The notes beneath the pieces were generated by a model. The model saw only the letters and a list, made by a program, of their open reading frames with translations. It did no database searches and was not told the origin of the DNA. Both the position numbers and the translations under genes were made by a program. 24,000 nucleotides of DNA from Burkholderiales bacterium (GTDB lineage: Bacteria > Pseudomonadota > Gammaproteobacteria > Burkholderiales > SG8-41), in contig JBBKXO010000099.1 in the NCBI GenBank assembly GCA_037969525.1, positions 1,610-25,609 of the forward strand, written 5' to 3'. Positions 15,520 to 24,000 of this stretch are shown here, piece by piece; the stretch's first letter is position 1; the number at the start of each line of letters is the position of its first letter.

Positions 15520-17520
15520 TTGTTGAGGCCGTCGGGGCCGTCGGGAATTCAGCGCGTGTCAGTTATTCTCCCCCAACCGCGTTTAAGCGGAAAACTGTTC
15601 TGGATAGCCATCAGCTCCCTGGTGGTGGCGCTGACGGCTGTCGGATTTACTTTGTATGAGTCATGGAAGCTCGAAGGTGGCGCCGCCGTAATCAATGACA
15701 TGGGCAGTGAACGCATGCGTTCATACCGCATTGCCTATTTACTGGCGGAAAGTTTGCGTGGGGATGATCCGGCCGTGCGCCAACAGATTCACGCCGAAAT
15801 GCGCCGTTTCGAAGATGTGCTGGCGGGACTCAAAGCAGGTGATCCGGTGCGACCGCTGGTGCTGCCGCGTGATCCTGAAATCCTCGCTGAACTCGATGCT
15901 GTCGAGAAGCACTGGTTCAGTACAGTCAAGCCGCTGATGGAGCGAATTATTGCAGCGGCAGGTACGGCACGCAGCGAACACATGAATATATTGCGTACTG
16001 AAATTGACTCGTTTGTGGCGCACATTGACCAAGTGGTGCGTCTTACCGAGGCAAATAACGCACGAAATATAGCAATCCTGCGCTATATGCAGTTCGGCCT
16101 GATCGCACTGGCGCTGGTCGGCACCGTAACACTGATTTACCTGATGTTCATGCTGGTGGTGCGACCCGTGATCAGTCTGGCGGATGGCATGCAACGCATG
16201 ACTGCAGGTGAATTCGGCGTGCGCGTGCCGGTGGAAACACAGGATGAATTTGGTGATCTCGCCGAAGGTTTCAATCGCATGGCAGGCCGGTTGCAGGAAT
16301 CGTATGCCACTCTGGAAGAGCGTGTAGCTGAGAAAACCGTCGATCTGGCGGCGCGCAATCGTGAGTTGGCGGCATTGTACGAGGTTGCTCGTTTGCTCAA
16401 CGAGCCGGCTGCTGCTGATGAGTTGTGTCGTGGATTCCTGCGTCGAATGATGGCCTTGCATAGTGCGGCTGGCGGTGCGGTGCGTTTATTCGATACGGAT
16501 ACCCGCCAACTGCATCTTTATGCGCACGAAGGTTTGACTAGTGAATTTGCCTCTGAGGAGCGCTGCATCGATATGGGTGAATGTCTGTGCGGTGCGGCGG
16601 CGCAGATGAATCGAAGCGCGGTGGATGTGCTGGATGACATTGCGCCCAATGTGGCGGTTGACTGTCGCAAGGCGGGTTACCGCACCGTGACGATTTTCCC
16701 AATCCGGTTGAAACGCGAACTGCTGGGAATATTTAATCTCTATTTCACGTCGCCACATGCGATCAGCCCAGAGGATCGCGAGCTGCTCGAAGCACTCGGA
16801 CAGCATCTGGCGGTGGCAATCGAGAATCAGCGTTTGGCGTCGCGTGATCGTGAGCTTGCAGTGTACGAGGAGCGTAGCCTGCTTGCCCGCGAACTGCATG
16901 ATTCGATAGCGCAGTCGCTGGCATTTCTGAACATTCAGGTGCAGTTGCTTGAAGACTCATTGCGGCGAGACGCCCGCGACGAAATTGCGGAAGTGCTGGC
17001 AAACATTCGCGAAGGAGTACAGGAAAGCTACGATAATGTGCGGGAGCTGCTGGTGCATTTCCGTGCCCGCGTAAAGCAGGACGAAGACGTCGGCACTGCA
17101 TTGCAGCGGATGCTGGTGCGATTCGGAGCCCAGTCAGGGCTGGAGACGGATTTTTCTGATACTGGAACGGGAGTTCCGCTGCACGCAGAGATCCAGTTGC
17201 AGGTGCTGCACATACTGCAGGAGGCGCTTTCCAATGTACGCAAGCATGCAAAAGCCACTCATGTCAGGCTGGCTGTGCATCGTGATGCGGACTACCGCTT
17301 TTCCGTAACCGATGACGGCTGCGGTTTTGATGCGGAGGCGACGCTGGAAATCGCAGAATCGCATATTGGTCTGCGCATAATTCAGGAGCGTGCGCAGCGC
17401 ATCAGTGCGCGTATCGAATTACAGTCGCAGCCGGGATATGGAACGACGGTCGCGCTGATATTGCCGGTGGGGCAGGGGGTAGACGGTAGTACAGTTGCGC
17501 TTCACAAGGTGCCTGCATGA
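15520..17520 (+). CDS. narX: Nitrate/nitrite sensor histidine kinase (NarX/NarQ family)
   Basis: Periplasmic P-box-like VINDMGSERMRSYRIAYLL between two TM segments. HAMP (FGDLAEGFNRMAGRL). GAF-like central module. HisKA_3 H-box ARELHDSIAQSLAFL. HATPase (DDGCGF, GLRIIQERA). There is no in-frame ATG before TM1, so the start is TTG 15520/15523 or GTG 15556 and is uncertain. Confidence 0.85.
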   Translation: MLRPSGPSGIQRVSVILPQPRLSGKLFWIAISSLVVALTAVGFTLYESWKLEGGAAVINDMGSERMRSYRIAYLLAESLRGDDPAVRQQIHAEMRRFEDVLAGLKAGDPVRPLVLPRDPEILAELDAVEKHWFSTVKPLMERIIAAAGTARSEHMNILRTEIDSFVAHIDQVVRLTEANNARNIAILRYMQFGLIALALVGTVTLIYLMFMLVVRPVISLADGMQRMTAGEFGVRVPVETQDEFGDLAEGFNRMAGRLQESYATLEERVAEKTVDLAARNRELAALYEVARLLNEPAAADELCRGFLRRMMALHSAAGGAVRLFDTDTRQLHLYAHEGLTSEFASEERCIDMGECLCGAAAQMNRSAVDVLDDIAPNVAVDCRKAGYRTVTIFPIRLKRELLGIFNLYFTSPHAISPEDRELLEALGQHLAVAIENQRLASRDRELAVYEERSLLARELHDSIAQSLAFLNIQVQLLEDSLRRDARDEIAEVLANIREGVQESYDNVRELLVHFRARVKQDEDVGTALQRMLVRFGAQSGLETDFSDTGTGVPLHAEIQLQVLHILQEALSNVRKHAKATHVRLAVHRDADYRFSVTDDGCGFDAEATLEIAESHIGLRIIQERAQRISARIELQSQPGYGTTVALILPVGQGVDGSTVALHKVPA

Positions 17521-17533
17521 ACGTGACTCTGAC

Positions 17534-18187
17534 ATGAACGAAAAGCTTAAGGTTTTGCTGGTTGATGATCACAAGCTGTTCCGCAGCGGCGTGAAGGCGC
17601 TGCTCGCGCGGCAACCGGACCTTGAGGTGGTTGGAGAGGCTGCGGATGGAATTGATGGTGTCAAGCAGGCACGTCAGCTCAACCCTGATGTTGTGCTGCT
17701 CGATCTGGATATGCCGGGGGTTTCCGGACTCGAAGCCGTGCGTACCTTGACTGAAGAACTGCCGCAGACGCGGGTGCTGATGCTGACTGTATCGGAAGAT
17801 GCAGAAGATCTGCTGGATACGCTGCGCGCTGGTGCTGCCGGATATTTGCTGAAGAACATTGATACCGAATATTTTGTGGATGCGATCCGGCGGGCGGCGT
17901 CAGGGGAGTCGGTCGTATCGCCGGAAATGACCGGGAAGCTGGTCGCGGGCCTGAAGCGCAAGGAGTCCACTACGTTGCCGGACAAAGCACGGCTCAGTGC
18001 GCGTGAGCGGGAAATACTCGTGGTGATTGCGCGCGGCGCCAGCAACAAGGAGATCGCGCGCGAGTTCGAGCTGGCCGAGAGTACTGTGAAAATCCATGTG
18101 CAGAACATACTGCGCAAGCTCAATCTGACCAGCCGGGTTCAGGCAGCGGTATATGCCGTTGAGCACGGAATATCAGAAAAAATATAA
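17534..18187 (+). CDS. narL: NarL/FixJ-family response regulator (receiver + LuxR-type HTH)
   Basis: KVLLVDDHKLFRSGV...VVLLDLDMPGVSG...LMLTVSE receiver domain. LSAREREILVVIARGASNKEIAREFELAESTVKIHVQNILRKL HTH. ATG 17534 lies 13 nt after the narX stop. The track start 17495 overlaps narX and is unlikely. Confidence 0.9.
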   Translation: MNEKLKVLLVDDHKLFRSGVKALLARQPDLEVVGEAADGIDGVKQARQLNPDVVLLDLDMPGVSGLEAVRTLTEELPQTRVLMLTVSEDAEDLLDTLRAGAAGYLLKNIDTEYFVDAIRRAASGESVVSPEMTGKLVAGLKRKESTTLPDKARLSAREREILVVIARGASNKEIAREFELAESTVKIHVQNILRKLNLTSRVQAAVYAVEHGISEKI

Positions 18188-18256
18188 TTAAAACAATTAG
18201 TTATGCCCTGCCCTTGCTGACCACCGTCGCCGGGCCATTCTGAATAATTACAAACG

Positions 18257-18296
18257 GGCTAGTTCAAACGGACTAGCCGTCACCATTACCTAGTTC
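18257..18296. promoter_or_regulatory. CTAG-rich palindrome GGCTAGT-N8-ACTAGCC plus a downstream CTAGTTC direct repeat in the narL-narK1 intergenic region
   Basis: 7-bp perfect inverted arms at 18257-63 and 18272-78. CTAGTTC occurs at 18259-65 and again at 18290-96. No T-run follows, so it is not an intrinsic terminator. It lies 90-130 nt upstream of the narK1 ATG. Confidence 0.3.
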
Positions 18297-18385
18297 CTCT
18301 GCCGGATCCCGGTTGCCCGTCTGGAGAATGGTTGTCCGGGCGGGCGCTGCGTATCTTCACTCACAAGACTTCGATGGGAGTGAAG

Positions 18386-19651
18386 ATGGTCAGCCAAAAC
18401 TACAAAGCCTGGTCTGTTGTGAGCGCGAGCACCTTTGCGTTCACCGTCTGTTTCATGGTCTGGATGATGTTTGCCGTGATCGGTATTCCGATCAAGAAGA
18501 CTCTGGATCTGAACGAAACGCAATTCGGAATACTGGTGGCGTTACCGGTGCTCACCGGCTCGCTGTTCCGACTGCCCGTAGGCATGTGGACCGACAAATA
18601 TGGCGGGCGCATCGTGTTTTTCATCCTGATGGTTTCCACCATCATCCCGATCTGGTTGATTTCTGCTGGAACCAAATATTGGCATTACCTGGTGACCGGG
18701 CTGTTTGTAGGGATTGCGGGCGCATCGTTCACTGTCGGCATCGCTTATTGCGCGCGCTGGTTCCCGAAGGAGCGCCAGGGTCTGGCCATGGGTATTTTTG
18801 GCGCTGGCAATACTGGTGCAGCAATAACCAAACTCGTTGCGCCGACCATCGTAGTGGCTTACGGCTGGACCATGGTGCCGAAGGTCTATGCGGTGCTGAT
18901 GGCGGTGACGGTCATTATTTTCTGGATGTTTACCTACACCGACCCTGATCACAGTTCGGGCAAAACAACCGTAACCGTCCGTGAGCAGTTGCAGGCACTG
19001 AAGGACCCGACCGTCTGGCGCTACAGCCAGTACTATTCCATTGTGTTCGGCGGCTATGTTGCGCTGTCGCTGTGGATGACCAAGTACTACATCACCGAAT
19101 ACGGTTTTGATCTGCAGCTGGCGGCATTGCTGGCTGCTGCATTCAGCGTTCCGGGCGGTGTGCTGCGTGCGGTCGGTGGCTGGTTCTCCGACAAATTCGG
19201 CGCACATACCGTGACCTGGTGGGTGTTGTGGGTTGCTCTGGTATGCCTGTTTTTCCTCTCGTATCCGCAGACCAGTGTGACCATACAAACCGTGACCGGG
19301 CCGGCGACTTTTAATGTTGGGCTCAATTCGGTGGTGTTTACCATCCTGATGTTTACCATGGGCATTGCCTTTGCCATCGGCAAGGCATCGGTCTTCAAAT
19401 ACATCTCTGACGATTATCCCAAGAATATCGGCGTGGTTTCAGGTGTGGTGGGTCTTGCCGGCGGCATGGGCGGATTCATTCTCCCGATCATGTTCGGCGT
19501 GCTGGTCGATCTGACCGGTGTGCGCTCGTCGGCCTTCATGCTGATGTTCGGCGTCGTCTGGGTATCGCTGATGTGGATGTACTTCAAGGAGGTGCGTCCG
19601 ATGGGCATCGAGCGGGCCAAACAGCATCCCGAACCCGCGCACTTCACCTGA
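18386..19651 (+). CDS. narK: MFS nitrate transporter, NarK1 type
   Basis: FAFTVCFMVWMMFAVIGIPIKKTLDLNETQFGILVALPVLTGSLFRLPVGMWTDKYGGRIVFF matches the NarK1/NNP family, including the nitrate signature region. I chose ATG 18386 (SD gggag 6 nt upstream). ATG 18374 and 18332 are alternatives. Confidence 0.9.
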   Translation: MVSQNYKAWSVVSASTFAFTVCFMVWMMFAVIGIPIKKTLDLNETQFGILVALPVLTGSLFRLPVGMWTDKYGGRIVFFILMVSTIIPIWLISAGTKYWHYLVTGLFVGIAGASFTVGIAYCARWFPKERQGLAMGIFGAGNTGAAITKLVAPTIVVAYGWTMVPKVYAVLMAVTVIIFWMFTYTDPDHSSGKTTVTVREQLQALKDPTVWRYSQYYSIVFGGYVALSLWMTKYYITEYGFDLQLAALLAAAFSVPGGVLRAVGGWFSDKFGAHTVTWWVLWVALVCLFFLSYPQTSVTIQTVTGPATFNVGLNSVVFTILMFTMGIAFAIGKASVFKYISDDYPKNIGVVSGVVGLAGGMGGFILPIMFGVLVDLTGVRSSAFMLMFGVVWVSLMWMYFKEVRPMGIERAKQHPEPAHFT

Positions 19652-19710
19652 AAACGCAGGGCATCCGCAATGATTGCTCATACGCCGCCGCACTTTTACA
19701 AGGAACTGTG

Positions 19711-21156
19711 ATGAATGCTCAAGCAGGTGTGACCAAGCCAAAGATAGGCAGCGTGCTGCAGATCTGGACGCCGGAGGACAAGGCGTTCTGGGCGCGTGAG
19801 GGAAAAGCTATCGCTAACATCAATCTGTGGATCTCGATTCCGGCGCTGCTGCTGGCATTTGCGATCTGGATGGTGTGGAGCGTGGTGGTGGTGAATTTGC
19901 CAAACATTGGATTCAAGTTTTCAACCAATCAGCTGTTCTGGCTGGCTGCGCTGCCTGCTCTGTGTGGTGCAACGCTGCGTATTTTTTATTCGTTCATGGT
20001 GCCGATATTCGGTGGCCGCAAGTGGACTGCGGTTTCCACCGCGTCATTGTTGCTGCCGGCGCTGGGCATCGGTTTTGCCGTCCAGGATCCGACGACGAGT
20101 TATCCGACCTTTATCGTACTTGCGCTGTTATGCGGCTTTGGCGGTGGCAATTTTGCCTCCAGCATGGCCAACATCAGTTTCTTTTTTCCCAAGGAGCGCA
20201 AAGGTTCGGCACTTGGGCTGAACGCCGGGCTGGGCAACCTCGGCGTCTCGACGGTGCAGTTCGTGGTGCCGCTGGTGATCACCGCCGGGGTCTTCGGAAT
20301 GCTGGGTGGTGAACCACAGATCTGGGCCAAGGGTGCTGAGACCAAACAGATGTGGCTGCAGAACGCGGGCTTCATCTGGGTGCCGTTTATCCTGGTCGCG
20401 ACCATTGCCGCATGGTTTGGCATGAATGATATCGCCAGCGCCAGGGCTTCGTTCTCCGAGCAAGCCATAATTTTCAAGAGCAAGCACAACTGGCTGATGT
20501 GCTGGCTGTATCTGGGCACCTTCGGCTCGTTCATTGGCTACTCGGCGGGTTTTCCGTTGTTGATCAAGTCACAATTTCCGGAAGTGAATGCATTGACTTA
20601 TGCGTTCCTTGGCCCGCTGGTTGGCGCCGCAATACGTCCGTTTGGTGGCTGGTTGTCTGACAAGATGGGTGGCGCGCCGGTCACGTTCTGGAATTTCATC
20701 GCGATGGCAATCGCCGTGGTAGGCGTGCTTTATTTCCTGCCCAAAGGTGCAGGCGGTGCCATGGCTTTGCCGTGGGGACCGGCAGCCGGCAACTTCTATG
20801 GCTTTCTCGCCATGTTCATGCTGCTGTTCCTGACCACCGGCATTGGCAACGGATCCACTTTTCGCATGATTCCGGTGATTTTCATGACTGAACGCCTGAA
20901 GGCCGCGGAAGGCAAAAGTGCTGCGGACAAAGAGCAGGCGGTGAAAGACGCCAACAAAGAGGCGGCGGCAGTACTCGGGTTCACCTCCGCGATCGGCGCC
21001 TATGGTGGATTCTTCATTCCCAAAAGTTACGGTTCGTCGATTGCGATGACCGGCGGACCCGAAGCGGCGCTCTACCTGTTCATCTTCTTTTATGTCACCT
21101 GCATCGTGATGACCTGGTGGTATTACTCGAGGAAGAACGCGGAAATGCCGTGCTGA
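19711..21156 (+). CDS. narK: MFS nitrate/nitrite antiporter, NarK2 type
   Basis: LQIWTPEDKAFWAREGKAIANINLWISIPALLLAFAIWMVWS is the NarK2/E. coli NarK-like N-terminus. 12 TM segments. SD aaggaa lies 5 nt upstream of ATG 19711. The track start 19573 overlaps narK1. Confidence 0.9.
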   Translation: MNAQAGVTKPKIGSVLQIWTPEDKAFWAREGKAIANINLWISIPALLLAFAIWMVWSVVVVNLPNIGFKFSTNQLFWLAALPALCGATLRIFYSFMVPIFGGRKWTAVSTASLLLPALGIGFAVQDPTTSYPTFIVLALLCGFGGGNFASSMANISFFFPKERKGSALGLNAGLGNLGVSTVQFVVPLVITAGVFGMLGGEPQIWAKGAETKQMWLQNAGFIWVPFILVATIAAWFGMNDIASARASFSEQAIIFKSKHNWLMCWLYLGTFGSFIGYSAGFPLLIKSQFPEVNALTYAFLGPLVGAAIRPFGGWLSDKMGGAPVTFWNFIAMAIAVVGVLYFLPKGAGGAMALPWGPAAGNFYGFLAMFMLLFLTTGIGNGSTFRMIPVIFMTERLKAAEGKSAADKEQAVKDANKEAAAVLGFTSAIGAYGGFFIPKSYGSSIAMTGGPEAALYLFIFFYVTCIVMTWWYYSRKNAEMPC

Positions 21157-21169
21157 GGAGCGTATCGAA

Positions 21170-21253
21170 ATGAACAACGACCACTGCTGTAATTGCATGT
21201 TTCGTCTTGCTGCGAGACACGCCCACTTCCCACGTACCACGAGGTGCATATGA
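21170..21253 (+). CDS. Hypothetical 27-codon Cys/His-rich upstream ORF whose stop overlaps the narG start (ATGA)
   Basis: GGAG (21157-60) lies 9 nt upstream of ATG 21170. The ORF encodes MNNDHCCNCMFRLAARHAHFPRTTRCI, with stop TGA at 21251-53 overlapping the narG ATG at 21250-52. There is no homology support and it could be chance. Confidence 0.2.
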   Translation: MNNDHCCNCMFRLAARHAHFPRTTRCI

Positions 21254-24000
21254 GCCATTTTCTTGACCGACTGAACTATTTCGCCAACCCGAAGGAATCC
21301 TTTGCTAAAGGATATGGCGTGACAACCGGGGAAGACAGGACCTGGGAAGACGCTTACCGCAATCGTTGGGCACACGACAAGATTGTGCGCTCCACCCACG
21401 GCGTGAACTGCACCGGTTCGTGTTCGTGGAAAATTTACGTCAAGGGCGGCATCGTCACCTGGGAGACCCAGCAGACCGACTACCCGCGTACCCGTTGGGA
21501 TATGCCCAATCACGAGCCGCGCGGCTGTGCCCGGGGCGCCAGCTACAGCTGGTATCTCTACAGCGCGAACCGGGTGAAGTACCCGTTGGTGCGCGGCCGT
21601 TTGTTGAAGAGCTGGCGCGAAGCGCGCATGGATAAGAATCCGGTGGACGCCTGGGCGTCCATCGTCGAGTCGGATGCCAAACGGCGCGATTATCAGAGCG
21701 TGCGCGGACTTGGCGGATTCGTGCGCTCAGGATGGGACGAAATCAACGAAATCGTCGCTGCGGCCAACGTCTACACGATCAAGAAACACGGCCCGGACCG
21801 TGTGATCGGCTTCTCGCCGATACCCGCGATGTCGATGGTCAGCTACGCCGCAGGCAGCCGTTATCTGTCGCTGATCGGCGGTGTATGCATGAGTTTCTAT
21901 GACTGGTATTGCGATCTGCCGCCGGCCAGCCCGCAGGTTTGGGGAGAGCAGACCGATGTGCCCGAATCAGCCGACTGGTACAACAGCAGCTACATCATTG
22001 CCTGGGGCTCGAATGTGCCGCAGACGCGCACGCCGGACGCGCATTTTTTCACCGAAGTGCGTTACAAAGGCACCAAGACCGTTGCGGTGACACCGGATTA
22101 TTCCGAGGTGGCCAAGCTCTCCGACATCTGGTTGCATCCCAAGCAGGGTACTGACGCGGCTGTGGCCATGGCCATGGGGCACGTGATCCTGAAAGAGTTC
22201 TACTTCGACAAACGCAGCGAGTATTTTGACGATTACGCACGTCGCTATACCGATCTGCCCATGCTGGTGACGTTGAAGGAGCAGGTACTGGAGAACGGCG
22301 TGAAAGTGATGGTGCCGGACCGCTATGTCCGTGCATCGGATTTCGAGGATCAGCTCGGCCAGACCAATAATCCGGAATGGAAAACCGTTGCCATCGATAC
22401 TACCGGCAAAGTCGTTCTGCCCAATGGTGCGATCGGATTCCGCTGGGGCGCTGATGGCCGTGCCGATCAGGGGCAGTGGAACCTGGAGGCGAAGGAAGCG
22501 CATCACGGCACCGACGTCAAGCTCAAGCTGTCGCTGCTGGAAGGCGATGCAGCCGACAAGGAAACAGCCAAGGTTGGCTTCCCGTATTTCGGCGGTATTG
22601 TCAGCGAGCATTTCAAGAACAACGTGTTGAGCGGTGAGAATGGTGATGTGTTGGTGCGTACGGTGCCGGTGCAGCGTATTGCCATCGGCAACGCCGGCGA
22701 CAAACATGAAGTGCTGGTAGCCACCGTATTCGACCTGCAGGCGGCGAATTACGGCGTGGCGCGCGGTCTGCCGGGCGAGCTGGCGGCGACCAGTTACGAC
22801 GACGACACGCCTTACACGCCGGCATGGCAGGAACGCATTACCGGAACGCCGCGTGACCAGGTGATCGCCGTAGCGCGCCAGTTTGCCGACAATGCCAACA
22901 AGACCCATGGCAGATCGATGGTCATTATCGGCGCGGCGATGAATCACTGGTACCACAGCGACATGAACTATCGTGGCATCATCAACATGCTGATGATGTG
23001 TGGTTGCATCGGCAAGAGCGGCGGCGGCTGGGCGCACTACGTGGGTCAGGAAAAGCTGCGGCCGCAAACCGGCTGGACTCCACTGGCTTTTGCACTCGAC
23101 TGGGTACGTCCGCCGCGGCAGCAGAACAGCACCAGTTTTTTCTATGCGCACACTGACCAGTGGCGCTCCGAGAAGCTGGGTGTTTCGGAAGTGCTCTCGC
23201 CACTGGCGGACAAGAAGGAGTTCGGCGGCAGCATGATCGACTACAACGTGCGTGCCGAGCGCATGGGCTGGCTGCCTTCAGCGCCGCAACTGAAGACCAA
23301 TCCGCTGCAGGTGGTGCGCGATGCGCAGGCGGCAGGGGCGGACCCGAAAGATTACGCCGTCAAGGCGCTGAAGAGCGGCTCACTGAAAATGAGCTGCGAA
23401 GACCCGGACCATCCCGACAACTGGCCGCGCAACCTGTTCGTCTGGCGTTCCAACCTGCTGGGATCCAGCGGCAAGGGCCATGAATATTTTCTCAAGCATC
23501 TGTTGGGCACCAGCCACGGCGTGCAGGGCAAGGATCTGGGCGTCGACGACGCCAAGCCGCAGGAAGTGGTTTGGCACGACAAGGCGCCGGAAGGCAAGCT
23601 GGACCTGCTGGTTACCCTCGATTTCCGCATGAGCACGACGTGCTTGTATTCGGACATCGTATTGCCGACTGCCACTTGGTACGAGAAAAATGATCTCAAT
23701 ACCAGTGATATGCATCCTTTTATCCATCCGCTGTCCACCGCGGTGGATCCGGCCTGGCAATCGAGGAGTGACTGGGACATCTACAAGGGCTTCGCGCAGA
23801 AGTTCAGCGAAGTCTGTGTCGGTCATCTGGGCGTCGAGAAAGAACTGGTACTGACGCCTCTGATGCACGATACGCCGGGCGAACTGGCTCAGCCGTTTGA
23901 GGTGAAGGACTGGAAGCGCGGCGAAGTGGAGTTGATCCCGGGTAAAACGGCGCCGCAGATGACTGTGGTCGAGCGTGATTACCCGAATGTCTACAAGCGC
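21250..24000 (+). CDS. narG: Respiratory nitrate reductase alpha subunit, N-terminal ~917 aa; 3' end lies outside the window
   Basis: Not in the supplied ORF track because it has no stop in the window. ATG 21250 has SD gaggtg upstream. The translation MSHFLDRLNYF...WAHDKIVRSTHGVNCTGSCSWKIYVKGGIVTWETQQTDYPRTR...HEPRGCARGASYSWYLYSANRVKYP...DWYCDLPPASPQVWGEQTDVPESADWYNSSYIIAWGSNVPQTRTPDAHFFTEVRYKGTKTVAVTPDYSEVAKL is near-collinear with E. coli NarG, including the FS0 cluster ligands H-x3-C-x3-C. The frame was checked at 21898 and at 23998-24000 (…ERDYPNVYKR). Confidence 0.97.
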   Translation, partial: MSHFLDRLNYFANPKESFAKGYGVTTGEDRTWEDAYRNRWAHDKIVRSTHGVNCTGSCSWKIYVKGGIVTWETQQTDYPRTRWDMPNHEPRGCARGASYSWYLYSANRVKYPLVRGRLLKSWREARMDKNPVDAWASIVESDAKRRDYQSVRGLGGFVRSGWDEINEIVAAANVYTIKKHGPDRVIGFSPIPAMSMVSYAAGSRYLSLIGGVCMSFYDWYCDLPPASPQVWGEQTDVPESADWYNSSYIIAWGSNVPQTRTPDAHFFTEVRYKGTKTVAVTPDYSEVAKLSDIWLHPKQGTDAAVAMAMGHVILKEFYFDKRSEYFDDYARRYTDLPMLVTLKEQVLENGVKVMVPDRYVRASDFEDQLGQTNNPEWKTVAIDTTGKVVLPNGAIGFRWGADGRADQGQWNLEAKEAHHGTDVKLKLSLLEGDAADKETAKVGFPYFGGIVSEHFKNNVLSGENGDVLVRTVPVQRIAIGNAGDKHEVLVATVFDLQAANYGVARGLPGELAATSYDDDTPYTPAWQERITGTPRDQVIAVARQFADNANKTHGRSMVIIGAAMNHWYHSDMNYRGIINMLMMCGCIGKSGGGWAHYVGQEKLRPQTGWTPLAFALDWVRPPRQQNSTSFFYAHTDQWRSEKLGVSEVLSPLADKKEFGGSMIDYNVRAERMGWLPSAPQLKTNPLQVVRDAQAAGADPKDYAVKALKSGSLKMSCEDPDHPDNWPRNLFVWRSNLLGSSGKGHEYFLKHLLGTSHGVQGKDLGVDDAKPQEVVWHDKAPEGKLDLLVTLDFRMSTTCLYSDIVLPTATWYEKNDLNTSDMHPFIHPLSTAVDPAWQSRSDWDIYKGFAQKFSEVCVGHLGVEKELVLTPLMHDTPGELAQPFEVKDWKRGEVELIPGKTAPQMTVVERDYPNVYKR

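Noticed and set aside
15739-16461. 240-aa minus-strand ORF inside narX
   Set aside because: It is an antisense shadow of narX. It is His/Cys/Gln-rich with no motifs.
18240-18253. CTGAATAATTACAA as an FNR/Dnr box upstream of narK1
   Set aside because: Only 6/10 consensus positions match, and the critical T of TCAA is missing. This is too weak to call.
20569-21513. 314-aa minus-strand ORF spanning the narK2 end, the spacer and the narG start
   Set aside because: It is antisense to two well-supported genes. It has a low-complexity Arg-rich sequence, which marks it as a shadow ORF.
21967-23151. 394-aa ORF on the minus strand
   Set aside because: It lies entirely antisense to the strongly supported narG frame. 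It has an Arg/His/Val-rich composition typical of shadow ORFs in GC-rich DNA and no recognisable motifs.
1-24000. Mobile elements, CRISPR arrays, tRNA/rRNA genes, toxin-antitoxin or defence-system genes
   Set aside because: I scanned both strands and all intergenic regions by eye. I found no terminal inverted repeats, transposase/integrase/recombinase motifs, spacer-repeat arrays, cloverleaf-like sequences or nuclease/ATPase defence signatures. The gene content is core metabolic and respiratory.

Overview
This is a GC-rich proteobacterial chromosomal window. It looks like a beta- or gammaproteobacterial denitrifier, but the taxon cannot be fixed without a database search.

Left third: three anion-transporter genes, two tandem monohaem cytochrome c genes behind a repeat-bearing divergent promoter region, a bidirectional terminator, and nth. 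The transporters are a 5'-truncated SLC13-type permease and two tandem SulP/STAS transporters on the minus strand. One SulP carries a roughly 140-aa insertion.

Middle: an ATGA-coupled SH3b-protein/M48-metalloprotease pair, a start/stop-overlapping pyrD-ald-rnfB-like operon, and a co-directional string of aat, bpt, OmpR-type response regulator, histidine kinase and PAP2 phosphatase.

Right third: a perfect FNR box, then a decayed ccoI'-ccoS' remnant (a ccoI stub with a large internal deletion and ccoS with a 1-nt insertion), then narX-narL-narK1-narK2-narG. narG runs off the right edge and is missing from the supplied ORF track.

I saw no tRNA/rRNA, CRISPR array, transposase/integrase, phage gene or recognisable defence gene. 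I do not see a convincing novel multi-gene system. The most unusual items are:
- the cco gene decay with possible capture of its promoter by narXL
- the SulP insertion domain
- a Cys-rich uORF coupled to narG
- several helically phased repeats in intergenic regions

All family calls rest on motif recognition by eye; no searches were run.
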